A stretch of 64,000 bases of DNA from Verrucomicrobiaceae bacterium (GCA_051252135.1 JBPOGH010000019.1:1-64000); one strand, 5' to 3'; positions 35,897-47,278 are shown, counted from the stretch's first letter. A program made the numbers and translations. Notes: generated by a model not told the origin, from the sequence alone.

Positions 35897-38800
35897 ATGC
35901 GCTCAATTTTTCTCACCTCCTTCCTCCTGGCCGGAACCGCTCTCGGCCAACTCCTCGTCGATTTTAACCGCGCGGGATTCAACGACCTCGAGACCGGCTA
36001 CCAGGCCTACACCGCCGAGCACGAGAACATCCCCGGCTTCACCACCCAGGCCTTCAACGCCTTCGGCACCACCATCAACCTCACCCCCGGCTGGCCGGAT
36101 TCTACGGACCCCCGCGTCCAGCAAATGATCGATCGCGGCACCAACAACGATAACAACTGGGTGGGCAACAAGATCTCCCTCCTCACCGACTTCATCGGCG
36201 TCGATACCCGCACCGGAAACGGCGGCAATGGCAACTATGACGGCTCCACCGGCTCCCCCACCCGCATGACCCTCAACCTCTCCGGCCTGCCCGCTGGCGA
36301 CTACCAATGGCTCTCCTACCACCACGATACCGAAAACGTCCACACTTCCTTCCGCATTGAGTATTCCACTGACGGAGGCTCAAACTACACCCTCCTCCCC
36401 GCCACCTACCCCGGCACCAACAGCACCGCCGGAGGAAATCCCGCCAGCAGCCAAATCTACACCGGCACCCCGGATCCTGACCCCGCCGACCTCCCCTCCA
36501 CCGCCGTTTTCAACTTCTCCGCCTCCGCCGGACAAGACGTCCTCATCCGCTTCACCCCCTACTCAAACACCGGAGTCCACCGCCAAATCTGGGCCTGTAA
36601 CGGCTTCGAAATCACCCAAAACTCCGCCCCCACGGTCGAGAACTCCGCCGCCACCGACATCATGCCCACCACCGCCTCCATCGGCGGAAACGTCACCGCC
36701 GGCGGCAGCCCCAACATCACCCTCTACTGGGGCGACAACGACGGCGGAACCACCCCCGGCAACTGGGACACCGCCATCAACCTCGGACCCCAATCCGCTT
36801 CCTTCAGCGCCGCCATTTCCTCCCTCACCCAGGGAACCACCTACTACCACCGCGCCTTCGCCTCCAATGCCGCCGGCAGCGCCTGGGCCCCCAACACCAA
36901 CAGCTTCACCACCAGCGCCGGAGCATCCCTCCCATCCCTCATCACCTTCGGCGCCACCGAGATCAGCTACACCCAGGCCGATGTAAACGGAACCGTCTCC
37001 AACACCGGAGGCGACCCACCCCAGGTCACCCTCTTCTACGGCACCACCAACGGCGGAAATGACGAAAACGCCTGGGACTTCTCCACCGGAATCGGCACCC
37101 ACTCCGGCCCCTTCTCCGATACCTTGTTCAATCTCGACCACAGCACCACCTACTTCTTCCGCTTCCAGGGCACCAACTCCGGAGGCACCGCCTGGGCTCC
37201 CAACATCCAGTCATTCACCACCCTCGCCTTCACCGCTCCCGCCGTCTCCGTCCTCCCCCCCACCTCCGCCGGAGGCACCTCCGCCATCGTCAATGGCGAG
37301 GTCACCGACACCGGAAATGACGCCCCCGAAATCACCATCTTCTACGGCACCAGTGACGCCGGCACCAACGCCGCTTCCTGGCAAAACAGCGTCGCCATCG
37401 GCCCCAAAAGCAGCACCTTTTCCGCCTCCCTCCTCAACCTCACTCCCTCCACCACCTACTTCTACCGCGTCAGAGGCATCAATTCCGTCGCCACCGCCTG
37501 GTCCGCCTCCGCCGAGACCTTCTCCACCGGAATCCCCTCGGATATCGTCATCAACGAATTCCTCGCCGGCAATGACACCATCGCCGTCCCCAACGCCGTC
37601 GCCGGAACCTTCGATGACTTCATCGAACTCCTCAACACCGGCAGCTCCCAACTCAACCTCGGCGGCTGGCACCTCACCGACAACCCCTCGAATCTCACCC
37701 AATGGACCTTCCCCGCCAACACCCTCGTCGAGGTCGGCGAATTCCTCGTCATCCTCGCCAACGGCTCCGGCGTCCCCGATGCCAACGGAAACCTCACCAC
37801 CAACTTTAGACTCTCCACCTCCGGCGACTACCTCGCCCTCGTCCGGCCCAACCTCTCCATCGCCAGCGAGTTCGGACCCGGCGGCTCCAATTTCCCCGAG
37901 CAAAATGACGACGTCTCCTACGGACTCCACCCCAGCTCCTCCGCCTCCGTCTTCTTCAGCACCCCCACCCCCGGCGCCCTCAACGACGCCGGAGGCATCG
38001 CCAAAGTCTCCCCCGTCGCCGCTTCCCCCGGTCGCGGTTACTACGACACCGCCCAATCCGTCACCCTCTCCTCCCCCACCCTCGGTGCCCAGATTTACTA
38101 CACCACCGATGGCTCCGCCCCCATCACCTCCGGCGGAACCCCCGGCGCCTCCGCCACCCTCTACTCCGGACCCATCTCCATCCCCCAAATCACCGTCCTC
38201 CGCGCCTCCGCCCTCAAGGCAAATTTCGCCCCCGCCCAATCCGTCACCCACAGCTACGTCCTCCTCGATATCGCCGGAGCCGGCTCAAACGGAACGGACC
38301 CAAATGGCCTCAACGACGTCTTCCTCACCCAAACCCAACCCTCGGGCTACGGCGCTCTCGCCTCCGGTGACTACAACATGGACCCCGATATCTCCCGGGC
38401 CACAAGCAGCTCCACCGGCCACGGAAAAACCGTCGCCCAAGCCATGCTCGAAGGCATGCGGGACATCCCCACCATCTCCATCGCCCTCCCCAAAGAAGAC
38501 TTCGCCGGAGGAAACGGAATCTACAGCAACTCCCAATCGGAAGGCCTCGCCTGGGAGCGCGAATGCTCCGCCGAGTTCATCCCCGCCGCCAACGACACCC
38601 GCACCGGGTTCCAGGAAAACTGCGGCCTCCGCGTCCAGGGCGGAGCCAGCCGCGTCCCCGCCAAAAGCCCCAAGCACTCCCTCTCCTTCCGCTTCCGCAA
38701 TAGCTACGGCGAAGGAAAACTCCGCCACGCCCTCTTCCCCGGGTCCGATGTCACCACCTTCAACTCCATCGCCCTCCGCGCCGGTTACAACAACTCCTGG

Positions 38801-41800
38801 ATCCACTCCAGCAGCGACCAACCTCCCCGGGGATCCATGATCCGTGACCAATGGATGCGCGAGTCCATGAAGGACATGGGCCACCCCGATGCCGGTGAAG
38901 GCTTCCTCGCCCACGTCTTCGTCAACGGACTCTACTGGGGCCTCCACAACATCGCCGAGCGACAGGACAACACCCACTACGCCGAGCACAACGGCGGCGA
39001 TTCCGACAACATCGACGCCCTCAACGGCACCAAGTTCGTCAACGGAACCACCACCTCCTGGAACCAACTCAAAACCACCGTCGCCGGCGGCAACTGGAAT
39101 GCCATCCAACAGGTCCTCGATGTCGACACCTACATCGACTACCACCTCCTCCAACGCTTCGGCGCCAATCAGGACCTCAAGACCAATGGCAACTGGCGCG
39201 CTGCCGGCGGAGGCTCGGAGTCCCTTCCCTGGAAACTCTTCTCCTGGGATGGCGAGCGCGTCCTCGAATCACCAACCGCCAGCAACGTCCCCCTCGACCC
39301 CATGGGCATCCGTGGAAACATCGAAGCCCTCCCCGAATACCGCCTCCGCTTTGCCGACCGCGCCCGCATGCACCTCACCGGAAATGGCGCCCTCACCCCA
39401 ACCGCCACCGCCGCTCGCTGGATGAAATACGCCAACAATATCGACAAAGCCATCATCGCCGAGTCCGCCCGCTGGGGTGACCATCGCAGACCAACCAATC
39501 CCTACGACCGCAATGGCGAATGGCTCACCGAACAAAACCGCCTTCTCACCCAATACTTCCCCGTCCGCACCACCAACGTCATCAACAAGCTCATCTCCGA
39601 CGGACTCTACTCCCCCGTCGCCCCACCCGCCTTCACCGTCGATAACGCCGCGAGCAATGGCGGCTTCGTCGGCTCCGGCGTCTCCCTCTCCGCCACCGGC
39701 GGAAAAGTCTACTACACCACCGATGGCTCGGACCCCGCCCTCGCCAATGGCTCCATCAACCCCGGCTCCTCCTCCTTCACCAATCCCGGAGGCTCCCCCA
39801 CTCCCCTCAATCTCACCGCCTCCACCATCATCACCGCCCGCATCCTGAGCGGGGGCGACTGGTCCGCACCCATCCAAACCGCCTTCCTCACCGAACCACC
39901 CGCCTCCTCGTCCTCCCTCGCCATCACCGAGATCAACTACCACCCGCGCGAAGCCACCCTCGTCGAAAAAGCCGCCGCCGCTCCTCTCGATCTCGACAAC
40001 CGCGACCTCTTCGAATTCATCGAAATCCAAAACATCGCCGCCGAACCACTCAACCTCTACGGAGCCCAATTCTCCGCCGGTATCAACCTCACCTTCGGCC
40101 TCGAAAAACTCGACCCCGGTGAGCGCGCCCTCATCGTCCGGGATCTCGACGCCTTCACCGCCCGATACGGCACCCCCACCGTCAAGATCGTCGGCACCTA
40201 CGCCAATAATCTCGATAACGACGGCGAACTCCTCTCCCTCTCAAAAGAAGACCTCTCCCCTATCGCCTCCCTCACCTTCAATGACAACGGCCCCTGGCCT
40301 TCCCGCCCCGATGGCGACGGCTCCACTCTCGAAATCATCGACCCCGCCCAAGACCCCAACGACCCCGCCAACTGGCGCTCCAGCCGCGCCTTCCACGGCA
40401 CCCCCGGCTCCGCACCCCTCCCCGATACCCAACGCATCGTCATCAACGAAGTCCTCAGCAACCCCGTCGATAACCTCGACCGCATCGAGCTCCACAACCC
40501 CACCGCCAGCCCCATCACCATCTCCCATTGGGTCATCACGGACTCCAAGGGCACCTACCGTTCCTACACCTTCCCCACCACCACCATCCCCGCCCTCGGA
40601 TACCTCACCATCGATCAAAGCACCTTCGATTCGTCCTCGATCACCCCCATCTCCAACTACACCGGCAACTCCGGATTCTTCCCCACCGCCGTCACCAGCA
40701 CCGGCCACGGACTCACCACCGGAGACATCATCACCATCTCCGGCTACGGCGGATTCTCCGATTTCAACAAGACCTTCGAGGTCACCGTCGTCAATGCCGA
40801 CGTCTTCCAAATCACCGCCCCCTTCCTCGATAACGATGCCCTCAAAGGTGGCTTCTCCCTCGGCCGCCCCTTCGGACTCAGCGCCGGAAATGGCGATGAC
40901 CTTTGGCTCGTCGAAGCCGACTCATCCGGTAACCTCATCTCCTTCGTCGACCACGTCGAGTTCGCCGCCTCCCGCTACGGCGAATCCCTCGGCCGTTGGC
41001 CAAATGCCGGAGGCTCGGACATCATCACCACCATGGTCACCAATACCTTTGATGGCGACAACTCCGGTCCCCTCATCGGCCCCGCCTTCATCTCCGAAGT
41101 CCACTACCAACCCAACGGCGCCGACAACCTCGAGTTCGTCGAACTCTGCAACCCCACTTCCTCTCCGCTCGCCCTCGAGAACTGGAAACTCCGTGGCGGC
41201 CTCGATTTCAACTTCACCTCCGCCCACACCATCCCCGCCGCCAGCGCCGTCGTCATCGTCACCTTTGACCCCGCCACCAACACCACTGCCGACACCGCCT
41301 TCCGCACCCACTTCGGCATCGACTCCTCCGTCACCCTCATCGGACCCGCCACCGACGGCCCCCTCGATAACCTCTCCGGCACCGTTCGCCTCCAGGCCCC
41401 CAATGGCCCCCCCTCCGGCAACCCGCCCGCCTACCCCCAGGTCACCGCGGACTCCGTCGATTACCTCGCCACTTCACCTTGGCCCTCCGTCGCCGCAAAT
41501 GGCAGTTCCCTCCAGCGAAACGCCCCCCTCGACTTCGGTAATTTCGCCACCTCCTGGACCAGCGCCGCCGCCAACCCCGGTAACAAGACCCTCACCTACG
41601 CCGCCTTCGCCGCCGCCCTCGGCCTCGGCGCAGAACTGGATGACGATGACCGCGACGGCTCCGCAAACCTCATCGAGTTCGCCACCGGATCCAACCCCCT
41701 CGATTCTCAAAGCCTCCCGCTTCAGATCAACTCCGGTGGCACTCTCAGCTTCAACCGAAACCTCCTGAGCGGGTCCATCAACCTCATCCTCCAATCCTCC

Positions 41801-41935
41801 CCCGACCTCGACACCTGGTCCACCGTCACCCCCGTCACCGGCCCCGTCACCAACTCCCTCGAGCTCAACTCCCTCGCCTTCGATCCCAACAACGAATCCC
41901 GCCGATTCTGGAGGCTCCGGGCCACCACTCCATAG
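35897..41935 (+). CDS. Giant secreted protein: FN3-like repeats, lamin-tail domains, CotH kinase-like domain
   Basis: Signal MRSIFLTSFLLAGTALG; three ~100-aa repeats ending TTYY/F.R...N..G.AW; LTD motifs (IVINEF...DFIEL.N); YYTTDGS; CotH-like RVQGGASR...K.S, NGLYWGL....ER, WDGE, AESARWGD. Confidence 0.85.
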   Translation: MRSIFLTSFLLAGTALGQLLVDFNRAGFNDLETGYQAYTAEHENIPGFTTQAFNAFGTTINLTPGWPDSTDPRVQQMIDRGTNNDNNWVGNKISLLTDFIGVDTRTGNGGNGNYDGSTGSPTRMTLNLSGLPAGDYQWLSYHHDTENVHTSFRIEYSTDGGSNYTLLPATYPGTNSTAGGNPASSQIYTGTPDPDPADLPSTAVFNFSASAGQDVLIRFTPYSNTGVHRQIWACNGFEITQNSAPTVENSAATDIMPTTASIGGNVTAGGSPNITLYWGDNDGGTTPGNWDTAINLGPQSASFSAAISSLTQGTTYYHRAFASNAAGSAWAPNTNSFTTSAGASLPSLITFGATEISYTQADVNGTVSNTGGDPPQVTLFYGTTNGGNDENAWDFSTGIGTHSGPFSDTLFNLDHSTTYFFRFQGTNSGGTAWAPNIQSFTTLAFTAPAVSVLPPTSAGGTSAIVNGEVTDTGNDAPEITIFYGTSDAGTNAASWQNSVAIGPKSSTFSASLLNLTPSTTYFYRVRGINSVATAWSASAETFSTGIPSDIVINEFLAGNDTIAVPNAVAGTFDDFIELLNTGSSQLNLGGWHLTDNPSNLTQWTFPANTLVEVGEFLVILANGSGVPDANGNLTTNFRLSTSGDYLALVRPNLSIASEFGPGGSNFPEQNDDVSYGLHPSSSASVFFSTPTPGALNDAGGIAKVSPVAASPGRGYYDTAQSVTLSSPTLGAQIYYTTDGSAPITSGGTPGASATLYSGPISIPQITVLRASALKANFAPAQSVTHSYVLLDIAGAGSNGTDPNGLNDVFLTQTQPSGYGALASGDYNMDPDISRATSSSTGHGKTVAQAMLEGMRDIPTISIALPKEDFAGGNGIYSNSQSEGLAWERECSAEFIPAANDTRTGFQENCGLRVQGGASRVPAKSPKHSLSFRFRNSYGEGKLRHALFPGSDVTTFNSIALRAGYNNSWIHSSSDQPPRGSMIRDQWMRESMKDMGHPDAGEGFLAHVFVNGLYWGLHNIAERQDNTHYAEHNGGDSDNIDALNGTKFVNGTTTSWNQLKTTVAGGNWNAIQQVLDVDTYIDYHLLQRFGANQDLKTNGNWRAAGGGSESLPWKLFSWDGERVLESPTASNVPLDPMGIRGNIEALPEYRLRFADRARMHLTGNGALTPTATAARWMKYANNIDKAIIAESARWGDHRRPTNPYDRNGEWLTEQNRLLTQYFPVRTTNVINKLISDGLYSPVAPPAFTVDNAASNGGFVGSGVSLSATGGKVYYTTDGSDPALANGSINPGSSSFTNPGGSPTPLNLTASTIITARILSGGDWSAPIQTAFLTEPPASSSSLAITEINYHPREATLVEKAAAAPLDLDNRDLFEFIEIQNIAAEPLNLYGAQFSAGINLTFGLEKLDPGERALIVRDLDAFTARYGTPTVKIVGTYANNLDNDGELLSLSKEDLSPIASLTFNDNGPWPSRPDGDGSTLEIIDPAQDPNDPANWRSSRAFHGTPGSAPLPDTQRIVINEVLSNPVDNLDRIELHNPTASPITISHWVITDSKGTYRSYTFPTTTIPALGYLTIDQSTFDSSSITPISNYTGNSGFFPTAVTSTGHGLTTGDIITISGYGGFSDFNKTFEVTVVNADVFQITAPFLDNDALKGGFSLGRPFGLSAGNGDDLWLVEADSSGNLISFVDHVEFAASRYGESLGRWPNAGGSDIITTMVTNTFDGDNSGPLIGPAFISEVHYQPNGADNLEFVELCNPTSSPLALENWKLRGGLDFNFTSAHTIPAASAVVIVTFDPATNTTADTAFRTHFGIDSSVTLIGPATDGPLDNLSGTVRLQAPNGPPSGNPPAYPQVTADSVDYLATSPWPSVAANGSSLQRNAPLDFGNFATSWTSAAANPGNKTLTYAAFAAALGLGAELDDDDRDGSANLIEFATGSNPLDSQSLPLQINSGGTLSFNRNLLSGSINLILQSSPDLDTWSTVTPVTGPVTNSLELNSLAFDPNNESRRFWRLRATTP

Positions 41936-42001
41936 TTCCCCACCGGGAAACATGTCATTGCATTGTGACAACAGAACATTCATCGTGAGTGAACACTTGC
42001 G

Positions 42002-45000
42002 ATGAATTTTTCTGTCATACTTCTCTCCTCTTTGGTCCTGGCCTCAACCGCTTTTGGCCAACTCAAGGTCGACTTCAACTCCACCACTCAGGACGGCGGC
42101 CCCAACAATGAGCCCGGATTCGAAGCCTTCAGCGCGCCCCACGAAGGTGCAACGCCTCCCGCCACCGAAACCTACAACGCTTTCGGCACCTCCATCTCCG
42201 TAACCCCCTCCTGGCCCAACACCTCCAATGCAAACGTCCGCCAGTTCATCGACCGCGGATCCGCCAATGACAGCAACTGGGGAACCACCAACATCAACCT
42301 CCTCACCGATTGGCTCGGCGTCGACACCCGCACCGGCAATGGCGGAAATGGAGTCTTCGATGGAAACTCCGGCACCCCCACCGATTTCATCCTCACCCTC
42401 GGCAACCTCCCCGCCGCCAACTACTCCTGGACCTCCTACCACCACGATACCGAAAACATGGTCGGTGACTTCACCGTCGAGCTCTCCACCAACAACGGCA
42501 CCACCTATTCCCAAATCGGAGGCACCCGCACCATCACCGATAGCACCTCCGGCGGAAACCCCGCTGGCTCACAGCTCTACGATGACTCCTCCTGGACCAT
42601 CGCCACCCTCCCTTCCACCGTCACCTTCGACTTCGACGCCCTCGCCGGCCAGGATGTCAAACTCCGCTTCCGCTCCCTCGCCACCGCCAACGTCCACGCC
42701 GCCTTCTTCCTCATCAACGGTTTCGAACTCGCCGTAAACACCCCCGCCGACAGCCCCACCAACCTCGCCCTCTCCGGCACCAGCGCCAGCGCCGCCGCAA
42801 ATATCGGCGATATCGTCGGCTCCCTCTCTTCCTCCGACCCCACCCCCGGAGACACCTTCACCTACACCCTCGTCAGCGGCGCCGGGTCCGATGACAACGG
42901 CGAGTTCGACATCGTCGGCAACAACCTCGTCGTCGATGGTGACCTCTCCATCTACCCCGGCGGCACCCAACTCGCCGTCCGCATCCGCACCACCGATGCC
43001 GCCTCAAACTTCTTCGAAAAATCCTTCACCATCGAGATTATCAATGACTCCGATTCCGACGGCCTCGATGACTCCTGGGAACTCACCTACTTCCCCGATC
43101 TCACCACCTCCTCCGGCTCCGGAAATAACGACACCGATGCGCTCGACAACGCCGCCGAGCAAGCCGCCGGAACCAACCCCACCCTCGCCGATACCGACTC
43201 CGATGGCCTCAATGACGACCTCGAGAACAACTCCGGCACCTACCTCTCCCCCACCAACACCGGCTCCAACCCCCTCAACCCGGACACCGATGGCGATGGC
43301 ATCAACGACGGAGACGAAGTCTCAAACGCCAACGGCTTCATCACCAACCCCAATCTCGCCGACACCGATGGCGACGGCTTCAACGACCGCATCGAGATCG
43401 ATGGCGGCCATGACCCCACCAACGCCGCCGACTTCCCCTCCGGCCTCCAGCCCCTTCTCATCAACGAAATCCTCGTCAGCAACGAAACCGGATTCCGCGA
43501 TGGCAACGACCGAAAGAACGACTGGATCGAGCTCTTCAACCCCAACCCCCAACCCGTCAACCTCGATGGCTTCTTCCTCACCGATGACGCCGCAAATCTC
43601 ACCAAATGGAACTTCCCCGATGTCGTCATCGGCGCAAATTCCTACCTCGTCGTCTTCGCCTCCGGTGATGACATGACCGACCCCTCCGGCAATCCCCACA
43701 CCAATTTCCGACTCAACAATTCCGGCGAATACCTCGCCCTCGTCGGCCCCAATGGCACCGCCATCGAAGACCTCCTCAGCCCCACTTACCCCGAACAATT
43801 TACCGACATCTCCTACGGCCGCGCCATCTCCGGCGGCGGCTTCCTCTACTTCGCCTCCCCCACCCCCGGCACCGCCAACGGCTCCGGTTCCCCCGGCGTC
43901 GTTAAGGACACCAACTTCACCATCGATCGCGGATTCTACGACACCCCCTTCAACCTCGAAATCCTCTCCGACACCCCCAACGCCGAAATCCGATACACCC
44001 TCGACGGCTCCATCCCCACCGAAACCACCGGAACCCTCTACACCGGCCCCATCGCCATCGCCACCACCGCCAACGTCCGCGCCATGGCCCACCTCCCCGG
44101 CTCCGGATTCCTCCCCACCAATGTCGACACCCACTCCTACATCTTTGTCGATGACGTCACCCAACAACCAACCGACCCCGCCGGCTGGGCTGAAAACTGG
44201 AGCAACGACAGCACCGTCGGCCTCGTCCCCTCGGACTACGAGATGGACCCCCGCGTCGTCAATGATGTCGCCGGCCTCCGCGACGCCGACCACACCATGC
44301 GCGCCGCCCTCCTCGATATCCCCAGCGTCTCCGTCACCATGGAACAGCTCGATTTCGTAGCCTCCGAAGCCCAAAAACAAGCCGGCGCCTCACTCAGCCT
44401 CTACGGCACCCCACGCTCACGCTTCGAAAAAATCTGCTCCGTCGAATACCTCCTCCCCAACGGCACCAAAGGCTTCCAGGAAGATTGTAAAATCGAAACC
44501 CACGGCAACTCCTCCCGCACCCCCAACCGGATGCAGAAGCACTCCCTCCGCCTCACCTTCTCCTCCACCGTCGGTATCCCCAAGTTAAACTACGACCTCT
44601 TCCCCGACTCCCCCGTCAACTCCTTCAACAAGCTCGTCCTCCGCGCCTGCTTCACCGACTCCTGGGCCCTCAACACCTGGAGCGCCGCCCGCTACCGCCC
44701 CAACGATTCCCTCTACATGCGGGATGTCTGGATGAAGGACATTCTCGGCGACATGGGACAACCCACTTCCTACGGAAATTTCGTCCACCTCTACGTCAAC
44801 GGACTCTACTTCGGCGTCCATAACCTCACCGAGCGAATCGAGGATGACTTCTACGCCGAGCACCTCGGGGGCGAACCCGAAGACTGGGAAATCAACAAAG
44901 ACCTCGAGTCCGGCGGCTCCCTCTGGAACAGCATGATCGGCACCCTCAACGGCAACATCACCACCCCCGCCGTCTATGAAACCGCCAAGACCAAAATCGA

Positions 45001-47278
45001 CGTGGAAAACTACGCCGACTACATGATCCTCCACCTCTTCGCCGATTCCGAGGACTGGCCCCACCACAACGGCTACGCCTCCGTCAATGCCGTCAGCGGC
45101 GACGGACTCTACCGCTTCAATGTCTGGGACCAGGAGATCGCCTTCGATAAATACACCTGGAATCGCTACAGCGATGGTCGCGGCGGCGGCGCCCCCTTCC
45201 AACGCCTCAAGCTCAACGAGGACTTCCGCATGCTCTTCGCAGACCGCGTCTACAAGCACCTCAACGACGGAGGCGCCCTCTCCATCCAAGGTGCCAGCGC
45301 AAGCTTCATGCGCCGCATGAATGAGCTCGATAAGGCCATCGTCGCCGAGTCCGCACGCTGGGGCGACGTCCAGGCCCACGTCCCCTGGGCCAACACCCCC
45401 GGCAGCTCCAATAATATCGACGCCGACTACTACCCCCCCACCATCAACAACCCCATCTACTTCACCCGGGAACAACACTGGATCGTCGAACGGGATAACG
45501 TCCTCAACAACTACCTCCCCACCCTCCACGACACCTCGGACAGCCGCTCCTTCGTCCGCGAACTCCGCAACCTCAATCCCCCGCTCTACCCCTCCATCGA
45601 CCCGCCCAACTTCTCCCAACTCGGCGGCGTTGTTCCCAACAACTTCGAGCTCGAACTCACCTCACCCCAGGGCGGCGTTTACTACACCACCGACGGCTCC
45701 GACCCACGCCTCCCCGGCGGCACCATCAACCCCGCCGCCGGTGCCATCGGCGCCCCCTCGCTCGTCACCTTCTTCGATCTCGAATCCACCGGTTGGCGCT
45801 ACCTCGATACCGCCACCGCCCAGTCGAACAGCGACCTCACCGCAGGCAACCCCGCCTACGATGCCACCGACTGGAAACACCAGGACTTCGATGACACCAG
45901 CTGGGGCTCCGGACAGGCCATGCTCGGTGATGGCACCATCGACAACCGCACCATCAATACCGAGATCAACATCGGCTCCATCTTCAGCCGCACCCCCACC
46001 CTCTACTTCCGGAAGGAATTCAACGTCACCGACGCCAGCGAGTTCACCAGCCTCAGCTTCAACTCCATTCAGGATGACGGCATCATCGTCTACCTTAATG
46101 GCCGGGAAATTTACCGCCACAACATCGAACCAGGCGTCGTCTCCTACGACGACCTCGCAGACCAGGCCGAAACCCCCGAGGGCGTCATCCTCAACGTCGA
46201 ACACACCCTCCTCCCCGGCCAACTCCTTGAAGGAAACAACGTCGTCGCCATCGAGGTTCATAACCAAAGCACCACCAGCTCGGACCTCGCCATCGACCTC
46301 GCCCTCTCCGGACTCAAAGCCGCCACCGGCGGAAACTCATTCACCCTCACCCAGAGCGGCACCGTGAACTCCCGCACCCGCACGGTCTCCGGTGAATGGT
46401 CCGCCCTCCGCACCGCCGACTTCATCGTCGGCACCCCCGGAGCCGCCGGAAACATCGTCATCTCCGAAATCATGTTCAACCCCCAGGGAGCCGATGAAGA
46501 CCTCGAGTTTATCGAACTCATGAACATCAGCGCCACTGAGTCCGTCGACCTCACCGATGTCTCCTTCACCGATGGCATCTTCTACAGCTTCCCCACCGGC
46601 TTCGTCATCCCGCCCGGCGGACGCGTCGTCGTCGTCAAAAACCAGGCCGCCTTCGCCGCCCACTACTCCACCCTCGGCATCGTCATCGCCCCAGGTGAAT
46701 TCACCGGCAGCCTCTCCAATGGCGGCGAAAACATCACCCTCACCGGAAACAACGGCGACCCCATCCAGAGCTTCATGTATTTTGCCGATGGCACCCCCGG
46801 CTGGCCTTCCCAGGCCGATGGCTTCGGCCCCTCCATGGTCCTCGTCAACCCCTCCTCAAACCCCGCCCACGGCGTTGGCACCAACTGGATCGCCTCCCCC
46901 TCCTCCGGCGGCAGCCCCGGACTCCCCGACTCCCAACCCCTCCCCGCCAACCCCGGCGAGGACCTCGATGGCGACGGACTCAACGCCCTCGCCGAATACT
47001 TCTTCGGCACCTCGGATTCCCAATCAAACACCCACCCCGGATCCATGAACCAATCAGCCGGAGGCCCTCTCCTCACCTTCCCCCGCAACCCCCTCGCCGG
47101 CGAAGCCACCTGGACCATCGAACTCTCCGATGACCTCCTGACCTGGGCCGCAGACCCAGCCGCCATCACCATCCAACCCACCACGAATCTCCCCGACGGC
47201 CGCACTCAGGAAAATATCCTCCTCAACCCCGGATCCCCCCGGAAGTTTGCCCGCGTAAAAATCACCGCCGCCCCTTAA
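42002..47278 (+). CDS. Giant secreted protein: cadherin-like, DxDxDG repeats, lamin-tail domains, CotH kinase-like domain
   Basis: Signal peptide; N-terminal domain homologous to the upstream gene; DTDGDG repeats; LLINEI...DWIEL; NGLYFGV..LTER, DWPHHN, WDQE, AESARWGD. Confidence 0.85.
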   Translation: MNFSVILLSSLVLASTAFGQLKVDFNSTTQDGGPNNEPGFEAFSAPHEGATPPATETYNAFGTSISVTPSWPNTSNANVRQFIDRGSANDSNWGTTNINLLTDWLGVDTRTGNGGNGVFDGNSGTPTDFILTLGNLPAANYSWTSYHHDTENMVGDFTVELSTNNGTTYSQIGGTRTITDSTSGGNPAGSQLYDDSSWTIATLPSTVTFDFDALAGQDVKLRFRSLATANVHAAFFLINGFELAVNTPADSPTNLALSGTSASAAANIGDIVGSLSSSDPTPGDTFTYTLVSGAGSDDNGEFDIVGNNLVVDGDLSIYPGGTQLAVRIRTTDAASNFFEKSFTIEIINDSDSDGLDDSWELTYFPDLTTSSGSGNNDTDALDNAAEQAAGTNPTLADTDSDGLNDDLENNSGTYLSPTNTGSNPLNPDTDGDGINDGDEVSNANGFITNPNLADTDGDGFNDRIEIDGGHDPTNAADFPSGLQPLLINEILVSNETGFRDGNDRKNDWIELFNPNPQPVNLDGFFLTDDAANLTKWNFPDVVIGANSYLVVFASGDDMTDPSGNPHTNFRLNNSGEYLALVGPNGTAIEDLLSPTYPEQFTDISYGRAISGGGFLYFASPTPGTANGSGSPGVVKDTNFTIDRGFYDTPFNLEILSDTPNAEIRYTLDGSIPTETTGTLYTGPIAIATTANVRAMAHLPGSGFLPTNVDTHSYIFVDDVTQQPTDPAGWAENWSNDSTVGLVPSDYEMDPRVVNDVAGLRDADHTMRAALLDIPSVSVTMEQLDFVASEAQKQAGASLSLYGTPRSRFEKICSVEYLLPNGTKGFQEDCKIETHGNSSRTPNRMQKHSLRLTFSSTVGIPKLNYDLFPDSPVNSFNKLVLRACFTDSWALNTWSAARYRPNDSLYMRDVWMKDILGDMGQPTSYGNFVHLYVNGLYFGVHNLTERIEDDFYAEHLGGEPEDWEINKDLESGGSLWNSMIGTLNGNITTPAVYETAKTKIDVENYADYMILHLFADSEDWPHHNGYASVNAVSGDGLYRFNVWDQEIAFDKYTWNRYSDGRGGGAPFQRLKLNEDFRMLFADRVYKHLNDGGALSIQGASASFMRRMNELDKAIVAESARWGDVQAHVPWANTPGSSNNIDADYYPPTINNPIYFTREQHWIVERDNVLNNYLPTLHDTSDSRSFVRELRNLNPPLYPSIDPPNFSQLGGVVPNNFELELTSPQGGVYYTTDGSDPRLPGGTINPAAGAIGAPSLVTFFDLESTGWRYLDTATAQSNSDLTAGNPAYDATDWKHQDFDDTSWGSGQAMLGDGTIDNRTINTEINIGSIFSRTPTLYFRKEFNVTDASEFTSLSFNSIQDDGIIVYLNGREIYRHNIEPGVVSYDDLADQAETPEGVILNVEHTLLPGQLLEGNNVVAIEVHNQSTTSSDLAIDLALSGLKAATGGNSFTLTQSGTVNSRTRTVSGEWSALRTADFIVGTPGAAGNIVISEIMFNPQGADEDLEFIELMNISATESVDLTDVSFTDGIFYSFPTGFVIPPGGRVVVVKNQAAFAAHYSTLGIVIAPGEFTGSLSNGGENITLTGNNGDPIQSFMYFADGTPGWPSQADGFGPSMVLVNPSSNPAHGVGTNWIASPSSGGSPGLPDSQPLPANPGEDLDGDGLNALAEYFFGTSDSQSNTHPGSMNQSAGGPLLTFPRNPLAGEATWTIELSDDLLTWAADPAAITIQPTTNLPDGRTQENILLNPGSPRKFARVKITAAP

